From an uncultured virus (IMG/VR IMGVR_UViG_3300024352_000021) (Duplodnaviria; Heunggongvirae; Uroviricota; Caudoviricetes), in IMG/VR virus record IMGVR_UViG_3300024352_000021: a DNA stretch of 64,000 nucleotides; one strand, 5' to 3'. The notes beneath the pieces are model-generated. The model saw only the letters and a program-made list of their open reading frames with translations. It ran no database searches and was not told the origin of the DNA. Positions 7,343-17,146 of the stretch are shown here, piece by piece; positions within the stretch are counted from its first letter, which is position 1, and each line of letters opens with the position of its first letter. A program made the position numbers and the translations under genes.

Positions 7343-8593
7343 ATGCCCGATTCTGCTGGAGCACTCACCCTTCGCTACGCCCAAGGCGAGGTGTTTTCCA
7401 GCCGAAAACGCTTCAGAGTATTGGTAGCTGGCCGAAGATTTGGCAAAAGTTATCTGTCATGTATCGAGTTATTGCGTGGGGCGATCGAAAGGCCGGGCGA
7501 AACCTTTTTCTATGCCGCCCCTACATACCGAATGGCGAAAGACATTGCCTGGAAGGTAATGAAACGCCTCGTCCCAAAAGCCTGGATCAAATCCAAGAAC
7601 GAAACGGACCTCAAGATCGAGTTAGTGAACGGCTCGACGATCGAACTAAAGGGCACTGAAAACGCCATGGCCCTGCGAGGCCGCAGTTTGGCTGGCGTCG
7701 TACTCGACGAAGCCGCATTTATGGACGCCGAGGTCTGGTTCGAGGTGATCCGCCCCGCCCTCGCGGATAAACAAGGCTGGGCATTGTTCATCTCAACGCC
7801 CGACGGCACCGCCAGCTGGTTCTACGAACTCTGGCAATACGCCGACAGCGGCGACAAGGACTGGAGCCGCTGGCAATTCACCACGATCGACGGCGATAAC
7901 GTCCCCCCGGAAGAAATCGAAGCCGCCCGTGCCCAACTCGACCCCCGCACCTTCCGCCAAGAGTTCGAGGCTAGCTTCGAGAATCTCAGCGGTCTCGTTG
8001 CCGTCTCATTCGGCGACGACAACATCGACAAACAAGTCCAAGACCTTCCGATTTTGCCCTTGCTGCTAGGCCTCGACTTCAACGTGGAGTTTATGGCGGG
8101 CGTGTTTGCGGTCAAAAAAGGCGAAGACCTGTGGGTATTTGACGAACTGATCCTTACAGGTGGAGCGACAACCTGGGATTTCTGCGAGGCTGTCCAGCAA
8201 AAGTTCGGAATTGAGCGCCGCATCATCGCGTGCCCCGATCCGACCGGCGGCGCTCGTAAAACAGCCGGCGTCGGCCAAACAGACCACTCAATTCTCCGCA
8301 AATCAGGCTTTACGGTGTCTAGCCCTCGCGCACCATGGAAAATTCGAGACAAAATCAACGCCGTAAATATGGGTTTGCTTGACGCCACAGGTCGCCGCCG
8401 CATCCATATCCATCCCCGCTGCAAAGAACTAATCAAGTCCCTACGAACCCTTACATACGCACCAAACACGGGTCTACCTAACAAAAACTTGGGAGTTGAC
8501 CATGCTTTCGATGCGCTGGGCTATCTCTGCCTACAGAGCTTCAACCTCGCCAAACCAGAAAGCCTCGGCAAAACGTCCTATCGTGTGTGGTAG
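7343..8593 (+). CDS. terL: Terminase large subunit
   Basis: Walker A AGRRFGKS, Walker B VVLDEAA, ISTP, nuclease LGLDFN and DHAFDALGY. Confidence 0.95.
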   Translation: MPDSAGALTLRYAQGEVFSSRKRFRVLVAGRRFGKSYLSCIELLRGAIERPGETFFYAAPTYRMAKDIAWKVMKRLVPKAWIKSKNETDLKIELVNGSTIELKGTENAMALRGRSLAGVVLDEAAFMDAEVWFEVIRPALADKQGWALFISTPDGTASWFYELWQYADSGDKDWSRWQFTTIDGDNVPPEEIEAARAQLDPRTFRQEFEASFENLSGLVAVSFGDDNIDKQVQDLPILPLLLGLDFNVEFMAGVFAVKKGEDLWVFDELILTGGATTWDFCEAVQQKFGIERRIIACPDPTGGARKTAGVGQTDHSILRKSGFTVSSPRAPWKIRDKINAVNMGLLDATGRRRIHIHPRCKELIKSLRTLTYAPNTGLPNKNLGVDHAFDALGYLCLQSFNLAKPESLGKTSYRVW

Positions 8594-8611
8594 CACCCTC
8601 CCTGGCACACA

Positions 8612-8779
8612 ATGGCGGCAAAAAAGCCCACCAAAGGCCAAAAGAAGGTCGAGAAAGTGATGTCAGAGTATAAATCTGGCGCACTCAAGTCCAGCTCGGG
8701 CAAAAAAGTAACTAGCCGCAAGCAAGCCATCGCCATTGCGATGAGCGAGGCTGGCATGAGCAAGAAAAAGAGGAAGTAA
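8612..8779 (+). CDS. Small Lys-rich basic protein (DUF6496-like)
   Basis: MAAKKPTKGQKKVEKVMSEYKSGALKSSSGKKVTSRKQAIAIAMSEAG; homolog at 55258. Confidence 0.75.
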   Translation: MAAKKPTKGQKKVEKVMSEYKSGALKSSSGKKVTSRKQAIAIAMSEAGMSKKKRK

Positions 8780-8781
8780 CC

Positions 8782-9132
8782 ATGGCCGCCGTAGCAACTA
8801 CAAAAATTAACCGTTACACCAATACAGTCGAGTACTACGGCGCTGCAATGACCGCTGTAGACGACTGGTTTGAAGTAGGTGCTCACTCTAGTGAGTACAC
8901 GTTTGCGGTACTTGTTACCGGCGGCGCAAACTTTAAGCTTGCCTTGGAATGTGGCTGCGCTGAAAGCGCCGCGTGGTTTACCATCGAAACCAGCAAAACA
9001 ATTAGCTCAAACGGCGCCTACACCTACCCATACACAGGACGAGCATCTTCTCGCATCCGCGTACGCATTGAAGAAATTAGCTCTGGTACTCCTAGCGTTA
9101 CACCTCTTATTGCAGTCGCATATCACGGCTAA
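8782..9132 (+). CDS. Hypothetical beta-rich virion-type protein
   Basis: Tightly coupled ORF; positional counterpart 55608-55976. Confidence 0.65.
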   Translation: MAAVATTKINRYTNTVEYYGAAMTAVDDWFEVGAHSSEYTFAVLVTGGANFKLALECGCAESAAWFTIETSKTISSNGAYTYPYTGRASSRIRVRIEEISSGTPSVTPLIAVAYHG

Positions 9133-9329
9133 TGGCAATCCAAACCGTCAACGGAGGCTGTGTTCACATCGAAATTGATGCTGAAGATGGTCTCACCCAC
9201 GCCACTTTTGTATTCAAATCTCCTCAAAACCCCGAAATCCTCGGCGGCTTCGTATCAATGCTTGCCCAAGGCATCGAAGTGCTGGTTCCTATTTCAGATC
9301 CCGACGACGAGGAAGACGACGATGATTGA
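9132..9329 (+). CDS. Hypothetical protein with acidic tail
   Basis: Nearly identical protein at 55976-56173. Confidence 0.75.
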   Translation: MAIQTVNGGCVHIEIDAEDGLTHATFVFKSPQNPEILGGFVSMLAQGIEVLVPISDPDDEEDDDD

Positions 9330-9361
9330 TGCCAAAATAAGTACACAGTAGGAGCCTAGCC

Positions 9362-10804
9362 GTGGTCTACAGCGCCAACGTCCCGCCAACTGGAGCTGTA
9401 GTCAGCGAATCCCCGTTCGTCCGCAGCCTCGAAGTCATCGGCATGATGCCGGACTGGGGCGTAATGGCAGCTGTCACGCGCGGCACGAACTACATCCGCG
9501 ACATGAGCGAGACTTACCTCCCTCAAGAACCGCGTGAAGACGACGACGCGTACCAAACCCGCGTAGATCGCAGCGTCCTCAGCCCGTACACCAGCCGCCT
9601 GATCGAAACCGCTGCTGGCGCCATCCTGCGCAAGCCTATCCACATCGAAGGCGACCCCTACTGGCTGGAGCTTGCACAAAACATCGACGGTATCGGCTCC
9701 AACATCAACGAATACGCCCGCCGTGCGCTTGTAAGCAGCCTTACCTATGGCCACAGCGCGATCTTGGTGGACTATCCCGCAGCAATGGGAGCGCGAAATC
9801 TTGCTGAAGAACGCGCCCAGGGCCGCCGCCCCTACTTCGTGCACGTCGACGCCCCCCAGATCTGGGGGTGGCGCAAGGAATCCGGCACCAACCGGCTACT
9901 ACAAGTCCGCATCCACGACTACGACGTTCGCCCGCTGAACGAATTCGGCGAGGAACAGGTCGAAGAAATGCGCGTCATCTACCCCGGCCGCTACGACCTC
10001 TACACACTGGGCCAAGAACTGGTCGAGTTCACCGCCACGGGCGGCTACAGCCTCGACGAAATCCCCCTAGTCCCGATCTACAGCAACCGCCGTGGCCTGC
10101 TGGTATCCCAGCCCCCGCTGCTGGACATTGCAAATCTGAATATCACCCACTACCAACGCCAAGCCGACCTGATCCACGCCCTTCACATCGCCGCCATGCC
10201 CACCCTCGTCCTAGAGGGCTGGGACGACACCACCGGCTCCGCAACGATGGGCGTCAACTACGCCATCGCCATGCAACCGGGCAACAAGGCGTACTACGTG
10301 CAGGCCGACGCCACCAGCTTCGACGCGCAGATGCAGGAACTCCAGTCCCTGGAGAGCCAAATGTCCACACTGGGCGTTACCAAACTCTTCGGCCAGAAGT
10401 TTGTCGCTGAGTCCGCCGAGGCCAAGCGCATCGACCAAGCCCAATCCAACAGTGTGCTCTCGATTATCAGCCAAGAACTGGAAAGCGCCCTCAACCAAGC
10501 CTTTGCGTTTGCCGCCCAATACGTGGGCATGGAACCCCCCGAGATCACAATTGACCGCGACTTCGACTACTACCGCCTAATCGGCCAAGACGTGTCTGTG
10601 CTGACGCAACTGAACCTGATGGGCAAGATTAGCGACGCGATGCTGCTGGAGATCCTGCGTCGCGGCGAAGTCCTGCCTGACAACATCAACATCGAAGACG
10701 AAGTTGAGGCCGCCGGCAAAACCGCAACTGCCCTCACAGAAGAACCAGAAACAGAGGAAGAACCCGACTCCAGCGACAGCAGGAATGAATCTGCTATGTC
10801 TTAA
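9362..10804 (+). CDS. Portal protein (DUF4055 type)
   Basis: Size and position; YLPQEPRE, PPLLDIANLNITHYQRQAD motifs. Confidence 0.85.
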   Translation: MVYSANVPPTGAVVSESPFVRSLEVIGMMPDWGVMAAVTRGTNYIRDMSETYLPQEPREDDDAYQTRVDRSVLSPYTSRLIETAAGAILRKPIHIEGDPYWLELAQNIDGIGSNINEYARRALVSSLTYGHSAILVDYPAAMGARNLAEERAQGRRPYFVHVDAPQIWGWRKESGTNRLLQVRIHDYDVRPLNEFGEEQVEEMRVIYPGRYDLYTLGQELVEFTATGGYSLDEIPLVPIYSNRRGLLVSQPPLLDIANLNITHYQRQADLIHALHIAAMPTLVLEGWDDTTGSATMGVNYAIAMQPGNKAYYVQADATSFDAQMQELQSLESQMSTLGVTKLFGQKFVAESAEAKRIDQAQSNSVLSIISQELESALNQAFAFAAQYVGMEPPEITIDRDFDYYRLIGQDVSVLTQLNLMGKISDAMLLEILRRGEVLPDNINIEDEVEAAGKTATALTEEPETEEEPDSSDSRNESAMS

Positions 10805-10839
10805 CTGCTAATCTATAAGTGTCCAAGTAACACATAACT

Positions 10840-11547
10840 GTGCCCGAAGAACAGCAAGCACCAGTGACTCTTGTGGAGCCTGTTGCCCCTCAGCCTGTGG
10901 CTGAAAGCTCCGATCTGGCCGCCCAACTCGAAGCGCTTCGTGCGAAAAACCAAGAGTTGATCGCCGAGCGCCGCAAGGACCGCGAAAACCGCGAAACCCT
11001 TCAAAAACAAATCGAGGATCTGCGCATCGCGCAAGAATCCGCAAAAACCGCAAAGTTGGCGGAATCCGGCGAGTTCAAAACTCTCTGGGAGCAAGCCCAA
11101 GAAACAGTCGCCGAGCTCAAGCAAAAGCTCGCAGCAAAAGAATCCGAAGTGGAACAAATCCGCCAAGGATTCACACAAGAACAAGTGAAGTCCGCTGCGA
11201 TAGCACAACTCTCCCAAGCTGGTGCACTGGCACCTGATCAGCTGTATCGTTTACTTCAGGAGAACCTACGCGCTAAAGAAGGACAGCCTGTGGCTGTTGT
11301 CGGCGGCGTCGAAGTTCCAGTTGGTGAATACATCGCCAACTTAAAGAACCCCGGCAGCGGTTACGAGCATCATTTTGCAGCTACGAACCGTGCCGGCATG
11401 GGTGTTACGGGTAGTGCCCGCAATACCTCCCTCCCCGGCCAAGCCAACCCCTGGTCTAAGGACAGCTGGAACGTCACTCAGCAAATGATGATGTTGAACA
11501 GCGACCCCGACAAAGCCCGGTTGTTGAAAGCTGAGGCCGGCCTCTAG
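10840..11547 (+). CDS. Capsid scaffolding protein
   Basis: Coiled coil with C-terminal NPW motif; lies between portal and capsid genes. Confidence 0.75.
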   Translation: MPEEQQAPVTLVEPVAPQPVAESSDLAAQLEALRAKNQELIAERRKDRENRETLQKQIEDLRIAQESAKTAKLAESGEFKTLWEQAQETVAELKQKLAAKESEVEQIRQGFTQEQVKSAAIAQLSQAGALAPDQLYRLLQENLRAKEGQPVAVVGGVEVPVGEYIANLKNPGSGYEHHFAATNRAGMGVTGSARNTSLPGQANPWSKDSWNVTQQMMMLNSDPDKARLLKAEAGL

Positions 11548-11594
11548 CCCCTGTGGGGCAACCTCCCCAACCTTGACTCCACTGGAGCTACCAA

Positions 11595-12701
11595 ATGTCT
11601 GCTTCTAACAGCAACTTCGGGGGAACTTTTCTCTCGAACCTTGTAACTCGTCCCGAGTTTCTTCAGTACACCGCTGAGGGCATCTTCGAGCAGTCGAAGT
11701 GGATCCAGAGCGGCATCGTGCAGCGCAACGCTGCCCTCGACGCCCGCGCTGGCGGCACCCGCGTGCGCGTGCCTTTCTTCGACCCCATCGCCCCTAGCGA
11801 AACCCAAATCCTCTCCACCTCCAGCTGGAACGGTGGCTTGGGTTATCTGACCGCCCAGAACGTCACTGCCGACGAGCAGATCATGACGATTCTGCACCGT
11901 GGCTTTGCCTACGCCGCAGACGACCTCAGCAAGCTCGGCTCTGGCGCCGATCCTTTGGCCCACGTCCGCAACCAGCTGACCGCCGCCATCAACAAACTGA
12001 AGACCGCCACCCTGTCTGCTCAACTGCTGGGTCTGTTCGGTGGTATCTCTGGCGCTGGCGTGCTTGGTCCCAACCAGACCGACAAATCGTTCGCTGGTGT
12101 CCCCGGTTCAATGACCGAGGCCAACTTCCTGAACGTTGCCAACGTGGTGGCCGCCAAGGCCAAGCTGGGCGAGCGAGGCGACAACTTCGACTCCATCGCC
12201 ATGCACTCCAACGTTGCGTATTACCTCCAGCAGGTGGGGATGCTGACCTTCAGCACCTCTGCACTGTCTGCAGGTGGCGCCGTTGTGTGGGGCGGCGGCG
12301 GTGTGGGCGTGACCCAAACCGAAGTGGCGACCTTCGCCGGTCTCCGCGTGGTGATCGACGACCAGCTGACCGCCCTGACCGGCGGCACCTCGACTCACGC
12401 CAAGAAGTACCCCGTGTACCTCTTCCAGAGCGGCGTCGTTTCCGAGGGCATCCAACAGGATCTGCGTCTGGCTGCAGACCGCAACATCCTGTCGATGCAG
12501 GACATCCTGGCCGTGGATTACCACTACGGTTACCACGTGACCGGCACCAAGTGGAACGTGGCTGGCGACAACCCGACCAACGCTGCCACCACCGGCAACC
12601 TGGCCGACACCGCCTCCTGGAGCCTGGTGTACAGCAGCACCAAGCAAGTGCCCATCGCTCGCTTGCTCTGCAATACGCCCTTCGACACAACGGCGTACTG
12701 A
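11595..12701 (+). CDS. Major capsid protein
   Basis: 368 aa, strong codon bias, followed by a terminator; homolog at 58978. Confidence 0.85.
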   Translation: MSASNSNFGGTFLSNLVTRPEFLQYTAEGIFEQSKWIQSGIVQRNAALDARAGGTRVRVPFFDPIAPSETQILSTSSWNGGLGYLTAQNVTADEQIMTILHRGFAYAADDLSKLGSGADPLAHVRNQLTAAINKLKTATLSAQLLGLFGGISGAGVLGPNQTDKSFAGVPGSMTEANFLNVANVVAAKAKLGERGDNFDSIAMHSNVAYYLQQVGMLTFSTSALSAGGAVVWGGGGVGVTQTEVATFAGLRVVIDDQLTALTGGTSTHAKKYPVYLFQSGVVSEGIQQDLRLAADRNILSMQDILAVDYHYGYHVTGTKWNVAGDNPTNAATTGNLADTASWSLVYSSTKQVPIARLLCNTPFDTTAY

Positions 12702-12728
12702 CAAACAGCTTTACTTGCTGTACGATAC

Positions 12729-12753
12729 GGGCTCCTTACGGGAGCCCTTTTTT
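12729..12753 (+). terminator. Intrinsic terminator after capsid gene
   Basis: gggctcc-ttacg-ggagccc then T run. Confidence 0.85.
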
Positions 12754-12754
12754 C

Positions 12755-13264
12755 ATGGAATTACGTCGGATCCCTTCGGTAATCGGTTACAGCGCAACAA
12801 AAACAGGAGAAATTTACAGCCACCATCGGTTTGAACCTTTTCCCTTAAAGCAGACTTTGCATACTCAGGGGTATAGACAGGTCAACTTAAAAACAACTAA
12901 GGGTTTTAGAACTCGATTAGTCCACGTTTTGGTTCTTGAGGCATGGGTAGGTCCACGCCCAGAAAAAATGGTTACAAACCATAAGAACGGAGACAAAACC
13001 GATAACAGACTTGAAAATCTTGAGTATGTAACGCAAACGGAAAATATGAAGCACTCCTACGCAATGGGGCTAAGCCCAAAACCACCAACGCGCTACGGGG
13101 AACAGCTGACGCACCTTACAAAAATGACAACAGAAAAAGTCCTGGCTCTACGAGCCGAAAACGACCGCGAACCAGGCTATCTACAGCGTATGGCAAGTAA
13201 GTACGGAATTACTGCCGCAACAGTGTCAAAAATCCTGCTGCGCCAAACGTGGAAACACCTTTAA
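12755..13264 (+). CDS. HNH homing endonuclease (NUMOD4-HNH type)
   Basis: VHVLVLEAW..NHKNGDKTDNRLENLEYVT; AT-rich; absent from the second copy. Confidence 0.85.
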   Translation: MELRRIPSVIGYSATKTGEIYSHHRFEPFPLKQTLHTQGYRQVNLKTTKGFRTRLVHVLVLEAWVGPRPEKMVTNHKNGDKTDNRLENLEYVTQTENMKHSYAMGLSPKPPTRYGEQLTHLTKMTTEKVLALRAENDREPGYLQRMASKYGITAATVSKILLRQTWKHL

Positions 13265-13536
13265 CCCTCAATCTCACCAATCCGAATCCGCTCCTGATAC
13301 TCAAAAATCACTGGAGCACGACCCACCATCTTGTAAGAGTGGCTGAGCAGTTCACGAAATACATGCGGACTGACGGCCAGCTCCTGCTGGATAGTCTCTG
13401 CATCTTTACCGGCAGCGAACATTTCGCGGATTGCCTCAGCAACAGGCTCCAGTGCGCGAACGGTGTCACCGGGCAGCGCGGACGGTGCGGATTTCTCCTT
13501 TACTTCTAGGCTGTCAGCAGCTTTGCGAGCAGGCAT
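13261..13536 (-). CDS. Hypothetical protein, possible HTH
   Basis: 91-aa ORF antisense to the structural operon. Confidence 0.55.
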   Translation of the reverse strand: MPARKAADSLEVKEKSAPSALPGDTVRALEPVAEAIREMFAAGKDAETIQQELAVSPHVFRELLSHSYKMVGRAPVIFEYQERIRIGEIEG

Positions 13537-13729
13537 GAGTACAGTGCGTCTCTTCGTACTACAGGATAACTGTCGCAGCTTTGTTGACGTTCAGTACGGC
13601 CAACACCTAGAAGCCCAAGCCGAACTCGAAATGTTTGGCGCCAAGGTTTATCACTCAATGGTGCTACGTGACCCACCCAAACAGAGGAAATCACGCACTG
13701 GCGCTAGACTCAAACAAAGGATGTACTGA
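13535..13729 (+). CDS. Hypothetical protein
   Basis: MSTVRLFVLQDN...; start codon overlaps the divergent ORF's start. Confidence 0.55.
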   Translation: MSTVRLFVLQDNCRSFVDVQYGQHLEAQAELEMFGAKVYHSMVLRDPPKQRKSRTGARLKQRMY

Positions 13730-13731
13730 TT

Positions 13732-14262
13732 GTGGCTGCCGTCATTGATGCCACTGTTGCCGGCGCGTCAGCCAATAGCTACGTGACGCTGGCCGCCGCA
13801 AACACATACTTCGAGACCGTCCCAGACTCGGCCACTTGGACCGATAAGACTGACGACCAAAAAAACCGCGCCCTCATCAGCGCCACCCGCTGGATCGACG
13901 CCCTCAGCTTTTACGGCGACCGCTGCACCACAACCCAAGCTTTGAAGTGGCCCCGCGAGGACTTCGAGGTTGACGGCATCGAACTGGTCTGCACCATCAT
14001 CCCGACAGAAATCAAAGTCGCCACCTACGAACTGGCACGCGCCCTCGCCAACGACACAGACGCCATCACGGGCAGCACCGGCACAACCGGCCTCTACGAC
14101 CAAGTGGAACTGGGCGAACTGAAGGTCAAATACAAGTCCAGCTCGACAACACCAGGCATGGTGAACAACGTCTTCGACCTATACCCCTGGCTGCAGACTT
14201 ACCTTGGCGCTTACTGCATGGGCGGCGCCACCAACTACGCCGTCCGTCTACGTCGAGGCTGA
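13732..14262 (+). CDS. Head-tail adaptor (DnaT-like family)
   Basis: ANSYVTLA, ALISATRWID and QALKWPR motifs. Confidence 0.75.
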   Translation: MAAVIDATVAGASANSYVTLAAANTYFETVPDSATWTDKTDDQKNRALISATRWIDALSFYGDRCTTTQALKWPREDFEVDGIELVCTIIPTEIKVATYELARALANDTDAITGSTGTTGLYDQVELGELKVKYKSSSTTPGMVNNVFDLYPWLQTYLGAYCMGGATNYAVRLRRG

Positions 14263-14263
14263 C

Positions 14264-14641
14264 ATGGGCCTGATCGACACCACTTTCGCCCCAATTCCCA
14301 CCTCAGTCCTCGCCGACTGGGGCCAAAACATCACGTACATCAAAACCGCAACACCCCGCACCTACAACCCCACCACCGGAGCGGTCACTGGTTCCGACAC
14401 TACCGTCACGGTCAAAGGTGTTATTACGCGCGTAAGTCCTCGTGAGGCCGAGGGTCTTTACCAAACAACCGATCTCAAAGTCATCATCGGCGTCAGTGAA
14501 CTTGGCACCTACTACCCAACCGAAGCCGACCGCATCCAGTACCAACAGGCTGGAGCAACTCGTGAGGCAAAGATCATCGCCATCACCACTTATCGCGGCG
14601 ACAACCCGGTCTACCACTCCCTAATCGTGAGGCCCCAATAA
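14264..14641 (+). CDS. Head closure/stopper protein
   Basis: YNPTTG motif; position; homolog at 60676. Confidence 0.65.
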   Translation: MGLIDTTFAPIPTSVLADWGQNITYIKTATPRTYNPTTGAVTGSDTTVTVKGVITRVSPREAEGLYQTTDLKVIIGVSELGTYYPTEADRIQYQQAGATREAKIIAITTYRGDNPVYHSLIVRPQ

Positions 14642-15189
14642 TGGCACGTAAAGGAAATTTTCTAAACGAACTGGATCGCTTAGGACAAAATCTGGATCGT
14701 CTTGCTGTTGCAGCTTTTAGTCGAGGACCAGCTCGCGCCGCAGAAGAAATTGTCGTAGATCTACAAGAAGCAGGCCCTGTGTGGTCAGGTAAGTTTTCAA
14801 ACTCTTGGCAAATTGAAACCACTGACGGACGCCGGACTGCAGGTGATGGGGCCCCTGGTGTTCCACGGCGTGTACCTGCACCACTGCTTAGCGGGCGCGG
14901 TTTTGCCTTCGATGATGTTAAGTACACCATCTCAAATTTCGCATCTTACGCAGACGAAGCACGCGACTTAGCAGAAGGCATTTTTATCGACCCCGGTACA
15001 ACTCCGCTAAAGGAATATGATCGCGGCACTCGTGTAAGTGGCTATCGCGGCGACTTGATAGGGGATGATGAAGGCCCTAACCGCAGCACAGCCCCACTTG
15101 ACTGGTACACAACCTATGCCCGTGGCGGTGCTATAGATAGGCGGATACGGATTGAAATGGACGAAGAACTGGGACGCATCCGTTTATGA
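14641..15189 (+). CDS. Neck protein (HK97 gp10-like)
   Basis: GPVWSGKFSNSW motif; position. Confidence 0.55.
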   Translation: MARKGNFLNELDRLGQNLDRLAVAAFSRGPARAAEEIVVDLQEAGPVWSGKFSNSWQIETTDGRRTAGDGAPGVPRRVPAPLLSGRGFAFDDVKYTISNFASYADEARDLAEGIFIDPGTTPLKEYDRGTRVSGYRGDLIGDDEGPNRSTAPLDWYTTYARGGAIDRRIRIEMDEELGRIRL

Positions 15190-15617
15190 ACTACCAAGCA
15201 ATCCGCGCCGCTGTCGAAAATCCGCTTCTTACAGCGTTTGGTGCACTGGTGCCACCAGTACCCGTGTATTTCGACAACATCACAGCGGTCCCGCCTAACA
15301 CCACCACTGAGTACGTTCGCGTCAATGTTACTTTCGGTATTACCAACGAACCCACGCTTACCAGCAGCGTTGACAACGCCCGTGGCGCTGTTGTTATCCG
15401 CATTTTCACCGAAAAAGGCAAAGGCCCAGCCCGCAACCAAGCATTGATCACCACAGCAGTCAATGCATTGGAAACACTAAACAACACCGCCAAAACAACA
15501 AGCGGCGTGTTTTTCCGCGTCGGCGAAATCAATGGGCCGACATTTTCAGCGACAGAGGAAGCCCCACACTTTGTAGGAAGGATTGATACCTCTTACGTCG
15601 CAACTGTTTTGTCGTAG
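15186..15617 (+). CDS. Tail terminator/completion protein
   Basis: PVYFDN motif; directly upstream of the tail tube gene. Confidence 0.6.
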   Translation: MNYQAIRAAVENPLLTAFGALVPPVPVYFDNITAVPPNTTTEYVRVNVTFGITNEPTLTSSVDNARGAVVIRIFTEKGKGPARNQALITTAVNALETLNNTAKTTSGVFFRVGEINGPTFSATEEAPHFVGRIDTSYVATVLS

Positions 15618-15693
15618 GTGATGCTTAACAACAGGCGCTAACCTGTATTAAGCCGGGCAGTGCCCGCCCAACAACGTTCACTTGGTACGCCCT

Positions 15694-16464
15694 ATGGCCA
15701 CCACCGTTCTGTCCGGCACGTCCGGCGCTCTTTACTACAAACCCGCCGGCACCACCGGCACTTTCGGCGAAGCCGGCGTCAACACCGGCACCGATGTAAT
15801 CACTGTTGCTCCCTACCTGAACTTCAAGGCAGGCGACCCGGTGAAATTCCGCGTGGTGAACAGCCAGACCGGCGGCTCCGGCACCGGCACCCTGCCTGCG
15901 CCCATCTCTGACGCCACCACCTACTACGTCCTGAGCTACACCGCTGCAACTGGTGCGCTCACCGTATCGACTTCTGTTGGCGGCACCATCTTGGCCATCA
16001 CCGACGATGGTACTGCGGCTGCCCCCAACGAGTTCGAGGTGTACTACGCCGATTTCGCCGTTGTCGGCCAAGTCCGCGACTGGAGCTTCGAGATCAGCCG
16101 CGCTGAGATCGACGTAACCACCATCGGTCAAACCCCTGGCCAGTACGTGCCCTTCCGCAGCTACATCAGCGGCTTTGGCGATGGCACCGGCACCGCAACG
16201 GTCTACATGACCAACGAGGACGCCGCCCTGTCCAACCGCATGATCGAGGACGTGCTCCAGCGCCAGCAAAACGGCGCTGCCTTCAAGCTGTACACCGACC
16301 GCGTGTATAGCGGCGGCACCCTGAGCGATACCCTTAGCCGTTCGATCAGCTTTGATGCCGTGCTGACCTCTGCCAGCCTGAACATCAACCCCGACGACGC
16401 CCAATCGGTGACCGTCAACTTCCGTCCCGCCGGCACCCCTACCTTCGACTTCTCCAAGTCCTGA
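15694..16464 (+). CDS. Major tail tube protein
   Basis: VRDWSFEISRAEIDVTT motif; followed by terminator and chaperones. Confidence 0.8.
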   Translation: MATTVLSGTSGALYYKPAGTTGTFGEAGVNTGTDVITVAPYLNFKAGDPVKFRVVNSQTGGSGTGTLPAPISDATTYYVLSYTAATGALTVSTSVGGTILAITDDGTAAAPNEFEVYYADFAVVGQVRDWSFEISRAEIDVTTIGQTPGQYVPFRSYISGFGDGTGTATVYMTNEDAALSNRMIEDVLQRQQNGAAFKLYTDRVYSGGTLSDTLSRSISFDAVLTSASLNINPDDAQSVTVNFRPAGTPTFDFSKS

Positions 16465-16491
16465 TAGGCTGCTGGAGCAGTTGGATTCAGC

Positions 16492-16520
16492 ACCCCGGCC
16501 TAACCGCCGGGGTTTTTTAT
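16492..16520 (+). terminator. Intrinsic terminator
   Basis: ccccggc..gccgggg then T run. Confidence 0.8.
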
Positions 16521-16560
16521 TTCTAGTCCGCTACAGTAGTCCGAGAAAGACCAGGACTTC

Positions 16561-16908
16561 ATGCCTGCCTCAATTCCAGTCCGCGCTATTGATCGCCTGC
16601 GCAAAGCAGCCAATCTGGAGCCGGTCAAAAAACAAGTTGAACTGTCTGACGGCAGCACATTTGAAATGTGGGTGGCACCATTGACGATGGCTGAGCGCGA
16701 ACGCGCCCAAAAACAAGCCAAGTCCGACGACGCCAACGCCTTCGCACTTCAACTGCTGATCGCCAAGGCCCTCGACGAAAACGGCACCAAGCTGTTCAGC
16801 GCCGGTGAAATCGACGTCCTTAAAAACGAAGTCAAGGACAAAGACCTCCAAGCTCTGATGCTGGCGATCTTGACTGACGACGCCGAGCCCATCGACCCCA
16901 AGAACTAG
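16561..16908 (+). CDS. Tail assembly chaperone (gpG-like)
   Basis: Between tail tube and tape measure; homolog at 62985. Confidence 0.75.
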   Translation: MPASIPVRAIDRLRKAANLEPVKKQVELSDGSTFEMWVAPLTMAERERAQKQAKSDDANAFALQLLIAKALDENGTKLFSAGEIDVLKNEVKDKDLQALMLAILTDDAEPIDPKN

Positions 16909-17093
16909 CCAAGGAGCTTCGCCAGGACAACTGGCTCATGCTCCAGTTCGGCGTCGCCAAAGAGCTGGGACTAAGCCTCGGCCAAGTCCGCAGCATGATG
17001 ACCGCCGAAGAACTCCTTGGCTGGAGCGCGTACTTCCAGATCCTGAACGAGGACCAGCAAAAGGAAATCGAAAAGGCCAAACGCCGCCGCTAA
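16902..17093 (+). CDS. Tail chaperone extension (gpT-like), -1 frame
   Basis: ELAKELRQDNWLMLQFGVAKELG..MTAEELLGWSAYF..KRRR; homolog at 63325. Confidence 0.65.
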   Translation, partial: ELAKELRQDNWLMLQFGVAKELGLSLGQVRSMMTAEELLGWSAYFQILNEDQQKEIEKAKRRR

Positions 17094-17146
17094 CCCGGTG
17101 GCTTTTTTGTCGCGTAAACTGAAGTACCAGAGTGTGACGCAGCGCC

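Noticed and set aside
12287..12754. 325-aa ORF as a long HNH or capsid-HNH fusion
   Set aside because: The 5' part is an alternate frame of the capsid gene and crosses a terminator; the real start is probably ATG 12755.
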